Assembly (NCBI GenBank): GCA_963675785.1
Contig: OY776562.1
Location: forward strand, 1-64,000
Reading direction: 5' to 3'
DNA from: Anaerolineae bacterium
GTDB taxonomy: Bacteria > Chloroflexota > Anaerolineae > UBA1429
Length of the DNA stretch: 64,000 bases
The position numbers were made by a program, and so were the translations under genes. Below the pieces are notes generated by a model that worked only from the letters and a program-made list of their open reading frames with translations, made no database searches and was not told where the DNA came from. Below are positions 57,823 through 64,000 of the stretch, in pieces. Within the stretch, counting starts at the first letter, position 1. Every line of letters begins with the position of its first letter.

Positions 57823-58463
57823 TTCGCGTGATGCTGGTTGATGATCAGATGATTGTGCGCGAGGGGCTCAAATCCATGTTAAGTCTCGAACCGGACATCA
57901 CAGTGGTTGCTGAGGCTTCGAACGGTGAGCAGGCACTACAAAAGTTGCCCTCGTGTCAGCCCAACATTGTGCTGTTGGATATTCGTATGCCGGAGATGGA
58001 CGGCTTGACCGCTCTCGAAAAGATCAAACAACTCTCTCCGCAGACGAGCGTGCTTATGGTGACCCTTTACGATGATCCAGATTATTTGTACAAGGCCATC
58101 GTTCTAGGAGCGGCGGGCTATGTGCTCAAGGATACTGGTCGTGAAGAATTTGTGCGTGCTATTCGCATAACCGATGAGGGTGGGGCCGTGGTAGCGCCAG
58201 GTCTGCTCAAAGAGCTTTTGAAGCGTCTAGAGCATCTAGGGGCTATCCCTGCTGATCCGGCTACCGTACAAACAAATCTGTCTGATCGCGAGCTAGAGGT
58301 GCTGGCACTGGTCGCCGAAGGCCTTACAAATGCCGAAATCGCAGAGGCCCTTTACATCAGTACCACAACGGTCAAAACCCACGTAAAGAACATTATCCAA
58401 AAGTTGGATGTGTCCGATCGTACCCAAGCGGCCGTCCATGCTGTGCGGGCCGGCTTGATCTAA
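57819..58463 (+). CDS. NarL/LuxR family response regulator
   Basis: VDDQ..VREGL, LLDIRMP, GYVLKD, LSDRELEVL..TVKTHV. Confidence 0.95.
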   Translation: MIRVMLVDDQMIVREGLKSMLSLEPDITVVAEASNGEQALQKLPSCQPNIVLLDIRMPEMDGLTALEKIKQLSPQTSVLMVTLYDDPDYLYKAIVLGAAGYVLKDTGREEFVRAIRITDEGGAVVAPGLLKELLKRLEHLGAIPADPATVQTNLSDRELEVLALVAEGLTNAEIAEALYISTTTVKTHVKNIIQKLDVSDRTQAAVHAVRAGLI

Positions 58464-58493
58464 ACACTAGGGTAGGCTGTCAGGGTGCAATAG

Positions 58494-60200
<1,707 letters not shown>

Positions 60201-60203
60201 ACC

Positions 60204-60231
60204 AAGGCCCGGGATTATCCCGGGCCTTTTT
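60204..60231 (+). terminator. Terminator after pyrG
   Basis: AAGGCCCGGGA/TCCCGGGCCTT followed by T-run. Confidence 0.8.
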
Positions 60232-60289
60232 CTATTGACGCACCCCTATCGTGATGTTAATCTCCCCAAGTTAGGTAAAGGAGGCGCAC

Positions 60290-61294
60290 ATGTCCAAAAT
60301 CAAAGTATTGGTGACAGTTCCTGTGCCCCTACGGGGGTTGATTCTTTCTGATGAAGCTTTGGCCCGGCTCAATGCCGTGGCGGACGTACAGTTGAACGAG
60401 GATGGGCGCAACTGGACGTCAGAAGAGTTGGCCCAAAGATTGCCCGGCGTCGATGCCATGATTACCAGCTGGGGTATTGTTAAATTGGATGAGCAAGTAT
60501 TGGCGAAGGCTGATCGGCTCAAGCTGGTAGCTCATGCTGCCGGCAGTGTCAAGGGCTTTGTGACAGATGCCCTTTATGACCGGGGCATTCGTGTGACCCA
60601 TGCGGCAGCGCGTATTGCCGAGTCGGTGGCCGAATATTCGTTGTTGACAGCGATGATGGGACTGCGCCGACCCCAGGATTACGATCGCCGCATGAAGGCG
60701 GGAGAGGCCTGGCCCAAGGCCAAGGACGATCCCATCTATGAGATACGCGGCAAAAAGGTGGGTTTGCTGGGCATGGGCTATGTGGGGCGTTGCTCGGCTA
60801 GAGCCTTTCAAGCTGTTGGCGCTGAGGTACTGGCCTACGATCCTTACCTTAGCCAGGAGCGGGCTCATGAGTTGGGTGTTTGCAAGGCTGAGTTGGACGA
60901 ACTGCTCTCAACTTGCAAGGTGGTCTCGGTGCATTTACCTGTGACGGAAGAAACCCACAATCTGCTGGGGACGCGTGAACTGGCCTTGTTACAGGATGGC
61001 GCGGTGTTCGTTAACACTGCCAGAAGTTGGGTGGTCGATCAGGATGCCTTGTTGCGTGAGCTAAGCACGGGGCGCTTTTGGGCGGCGCTTGATGTATTTG
61101 GTGAGGAGCCCTTGTCGCTAGAGAGCCCTTGGCGTCAGCTGGATAATGTGCTGCTCTCGCCGCACATTGCCGGTCTTTCTATCGATTCTTACCGGGGGCT
61201 CGTTGCACTGGCGGTAAAAGAGATTGAGCGCTGGCAGGCGGATTTGCCGTTGCAGTATGAGGTGACGCACGATATGCTGGCTACTATGGCGTAG
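60290..61294 (+). CDS. D-isomer-specific 2-hydroxyacid dehydrogenase
   Basis: HAAGSVK, GMGYVG, YDPY, NTAR, ALDV..EP, SPHIAG. Confidence 0.9.
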   Translation: MSKIKVLVTVPVPLRGLILSDEALARLNAVADVQLNEDGRNWTSEELAQRLPGVDAMITSWGIVKLDEQVLAKADRLKLVAHAAGSVKGFVTDALYDRGIRVTHAAARIAESVAEYSLLTAMMGLRRPQDYDRRMKAGEAWPKAKDDPIYEIRGKKVGLLGMGYVGRCSARAFQAVGAEVLAYDPYLSQERAHELGVCKAELDELLSTCKVVSVHLPVTEETHNLLGTRELALLQDGAVFVNTARSWVVDQDALLRELSTGRFWAALDVFGEEPLSLESPWRQLDNVLLSPHIAGLSIDSYRGLVALAVKEIERWQADLPLQYEVTHDMLATMA

Positions 61295-61365
61295 TAAAGG
61301 CTATTCTTATGCCCACAACGTGATTGAATTGGCGTTGTGGGCGTTTTCATTCGGTGAGGGCGAAC

Positions 61366-61917
61366 ATGAAATTGATCATCGGAGCAGGCCGATTTGCACA
61401 GGAAGGCTGGGTATCTACTCAACAGGACATGTTGAACGTGCTAAACGCCGACGATTGGGAGCGTATCTGCGCTGGTGAACAGCTAGAGGCGCTACTGGCC
61501 GAGCATGTTTGGGAGCATATGACTTACGAAGAAGGCCTTGCCGCGGCGCGCAATTGTTACCACTATCTTGCGCCGGGTGGTTATTTGCGCTGTGCTGTGC
61601 CCGATGCCAATTTTCGTAACGATTGGTATCAGAACATGGCCAAAGTCGGCGGCCCTGGGCCCGCCGATCATCCTGCTTATGGCCACAAGATGTTTTATGA
61701 TTATCAACTCTTTCGCCACCTTTTTGAGAAAGTAGGATTTGAAGTCGAGCTGCTGGAATACTGCGACGAGCAGGGTATCTTTCATTATCGTTATTGGAAC
61801 GAGTCTGATGGTCACGTTGGTCGTTCTTTGCGCTACGATACGCGAAACTCTCTGGAAAAGCTGGGCATGGTTTCTATCATCATCAATGCCTACAAGCCGT
61901 TGCTTATTGCGACGTAG
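61366..61917 (+). CDS. Class I SAM-dependent methyltransferase-like (COG4627-type)
   Basis: IIGAG, EHVWEH, LAPGGYLRCAVPD. Confidence 0.75.
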   Translation: MKLIIGAGRFAQEGWVSTQQDMLNVLNADDWERICAGEQLEALLAEHVWEHMTYEEGLAAARNCYHYLAPGGYLRCAVPDANFRNDWYQNMAKVGGPGPADHPAYGHKMFYDYQLFRHLFEKVGFEVELLEYCDEQGIFHYRYWNESDGHVGRSLRYDTRNSLEKLGMVSIIINAYKPLLIAT

Positions 61918-61959
61918 CGCTCCTGTTAGCTGTGCCATGATTTTGGGGCTTAATCCTGA

Positions 61960-62325
61960 TTACTCTCGGCGATAGTCATAAACATCACTTCTCACCTCGA
62001 GTTCATGCCCATTGATGGTCACAGTTTCCTCATTCAACCAAGAGGCGGTAGCGTCCGAACAAAGATATTGCCAGTAGATGTTTTTGTGATATCCCGTTTC
62101 GTTATTTGCTAGAACGCCCAACACGGCATAGCCCGTAGTAGCTCCGCCATTATTTCTGTAGAGGCTGACAGTATAGGTTTCATCTGGAGACATGACGTGG
62201 TCGAGAAGCACTTGTCCATCAATATGCTGGATATCGTAGAATGCCCAGTAGATGCCATAGGCCACCATGCCAACGAGGCAAATACCAATAATCGCGGCAG
62301 TATACAAACGCTTATGATTATCCAT
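61960..62325 (-). CDS. Small membrane-anchored protein (DUF5412-like)
   Basis: N-terminal TM, SPD..Y, NGGATT, NIYW, ING..L...D.YDYR; GGAG RBS. Confidence 0.7.
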   Translation of the reverse strand: MDNHKRLYTAAIIGICLVGMVAYGIYWAFYDIQHIDGQVLLDHVMSPDETYTVSLYRNNGGATTGYAVLGVLANNETGYHKNIYWQYLCSDATASWLNEETVTINGHELEVRSDVYDYRRE

Positions 62326-62524
62326 GATTTCTCCAGAGGGGAGTCCTGCTGCAGCGATTCGAGACGTAAGGAGAGTCACGTATGTTGCAGCAGTGCAACT
62401 ATTGACGTCATGGTACAAACGCATGCCAGATGAGCACGGTTCCCGTACTATTGGGTGTGTACATCTGACGACAAGAGGAAGAGAGTGTTACTCGCATGGT
62501 CTCGATGAACTCCGAGGAGGGCTT

Positions 62525-63394
62525 GTGTCACAACTAAAGCGTAACAGAACCTATGGTTTTCTTGTTATCGCAGCCGCTTATTTGGCTGCTGTTGCAGCGG
62601 GTATCGCGGTGTTTTATGCACTTGCGGCGCCATCACTTCTATGGCGGATTTTTATCGCGGACTTGATCGCCACACTACTCATCTGGATGGTCGGTCTCTT
62701 TTTTCAGAACTCATCTATCTATGATCCTTACTGGAGCGTGGCACCCTCTATTATCATCCCGCTTATCGCAGGGCATTCAGGATCTTTAAGCGTAGGTGTT
62801 TGTTTGATGATAGGGGTCATATTGTTTTGGGGTGTACGTTTGACTCTAAACTGGGCTCACACGTTCGAGAATCTAGACACCCAGGATTGGCGATATACAA
62901 AAATAAAGCAAGGGCATCCCCGGCTTTGGTTCGTAACGAATCTATTCGGCATTCACCTTTTTCCTACACTGGTCGTTTTCCTGGTCATGATTCCGGCGAT
63001 TCAATTCATCGTATATGCTGCAAAGGTGAATGTCGGGGTGATACTGAGCATGCTGCTGTGCATTGGTGCGGTGTTGCTTCAACTTGTATCCGACACGCAG
63101 ATGCGCCATTTTAGGCGGGATAAGCGTAACGTTGGCAAAGTGATGGATCGGGGACTGTGGAAGTACTCGCGCCATCCAAACTATCTGGGCGAAATCTTTA
63201 TGTGGTGGGGGATATATTTTATGGCCTTGTTTTCCGGTGCTTCACCCTGGATTGCCCTTGTTGGGCCGTTGGCCAATACGCTCATGTTCCTGGGCGTCAG
63301 CGTACCGCTCATGGAAGATAGATTACTTGGCAACAAAAAGGGGTATGCCGAGTACAAGACCAAGACGGGGATGCTGCTCCCCAAGCTGTTCTAG
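62525..63394 (+). CDS. DUF1295 / steroid 5-alpha-reductase-like membrane protein
   Basis: NSSIYDPYWS, WGVRL, DWRY, D.QM..F, GLWKYSRHPNYLGE; GTG after GAGGAGG. Confidence 0.88.
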   Translation: MSQLKRNRTYGFLVIAAAYLAAVAAGIAVFYALAAPSLLWRIFIADLIATLLIWMVGLFFQNSSIYDPYWSVAPSIIIPLIAGHSGSLSVGVCLMIGVILFWGVRLTLNWAHTFENLDTQDWRYTKIKQGHPRLWFVTNLFGIHLFPTLVVFLVMIPAIQFIVYAAKVNVGVILSMLLCIGAVLLQLVSDTQMRHFRRDKRNVGKVMDRGLWKYSRHPNYLGEIFMWWGIYFMALFSGASPWIALVGPLANTLMFLGVSVPLMEDRLLGNKKGYAEYKTKTGMLLPKLF

Positions 63395-63417
63395 CGCTCT
63401 CTGACATATGCGTAAAC

Positions 63418-63458
63418 AAAGTCCCCTATTCCGCTGAGTGCGGAGCAGGGGACTTTTT
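63418..63458. terminator. Bidirectional terminator
   Basis: AAAGTCCCCT..CCGC/GCGG..AGGGGACTTT between convergent genes. Confidence 0.75.
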
Positions 63459-63470
63459 AGGGGACAATTG

Positions 63471-64000
63471 CTATTGCCGTGTTGCTCTAACTTGAGCCAT
63501 GTTGTGAATATAAAGCCCCAATGGCACCAGACACACCAGCGCCATGACGATAATCACCACAAAATCGATGAGGGCATAGCCCCAGATGGTTGTGAGTGTT
63601 TGGATTAGCATGAGCACAATCAAAGCGAGAAAGAGCAGGTTCACGTTGAACAGCAACGCCGGACCAACTGCATAGCCTACTGTCCTGTGCCTCCACAGAG
63701 CAATCCCACCAATAATCCAGATCAGAGCCAACACAGAGTCGGCAATCAGCGTTGCCACATCGGGGTCTCCTACAAGTGAATGACCGTTATAGATAGTCCC
63801 CACAGTGCTTGCCCCGCGCAAGAGAAACACAATCCCCAGGCCTGCTAGCACACCACCTGTAAATTTCGCGGGCAACGCTCCTTCTATGATGGATTTGACC
63901 TTTTGGCTATCGATGTGCATGAACAGGACGACAACGGTGTAGATGGTTGCAGCTACAATCAAAAGGTGGACGACAAAGGCCCAGCTCTGAGGCATGGCAA
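63471..64000 (-). CDS. Multi-pass membrane protein (5' truncated by window edge)
   Basis: Open hydrophobic frame running off the window. Confidence 0.6.
   Translation of the reverse strand, partial: AMPQSWAFVVHLLIVAATIYTVVVLFMHIDSQKVKSIIEGALPAKFTGGVLAGLGIVFLLRGASTVGTIYNGHSLVGDPDVATLIADSVLALIWIIGGIALWRHRTVGYAVGPALLFNVNLLFLALIVLMLIQTLTTIWGYALIDFVVIIVMALVCLVPLGLYIHNMAQVRATRQ

Noticed and set aside
62430-62444. 15-nt match ATGAGCACGGTTCCC to the reverse complement of 39971-39985 (tRNA-Gly 3' flank)
   Set aside because: A match of this length is expected by chance in 64 kb; it covers essentially none of the tRNA and no integrase is nearby

Overview
This is an ordinary-looking chromosomal window of roughly mid-range GC, from a bacterium whose gene content suggests Chloroflexota (Anaerolineae-like); that assignment is inference only. 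It holds about 55 CDSs and four tRNAs (Phe-Gly-Cys on the - strand, Pro on the + strand). The main blocks are: a T-box-controlled thrS followed by infC (AUU start)-rpmI-rplT-trmH; scattered sugar catabolism genes (araD, rhaB/fucK-like, nagA, nagB-like, fucI); an oppABC-type transporter with no ATPase, beside a NarL-type two-component pair; mutS2 and uvrC; a cysK-TlpA-DUF2085-CcdA redox cluster; a 12.4 kb surface-glycan locus; a second two-component pair; and pyrG. No integrase, transposase, prophage or CRISPR array was seen. The most interesting signal is the glycan locus (wzt-wzm, 2 GT2, 4 GT4), which ends in a 648-aa membrane protein with degenerate STT3/AglB-like motifs and is a candidate ABC-dependent protein/S-layer glycosylation system. 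Also notable are a histidine kinase with a degenerate KaiC/RecA-like N-terminal domain, a prephenate-dehydrogenase-like protein missing its catalytic motifs, and DUF2085 wedged between a thioredoxin and CcdA. All family calls come from motif recognition by eye; no searches were run.
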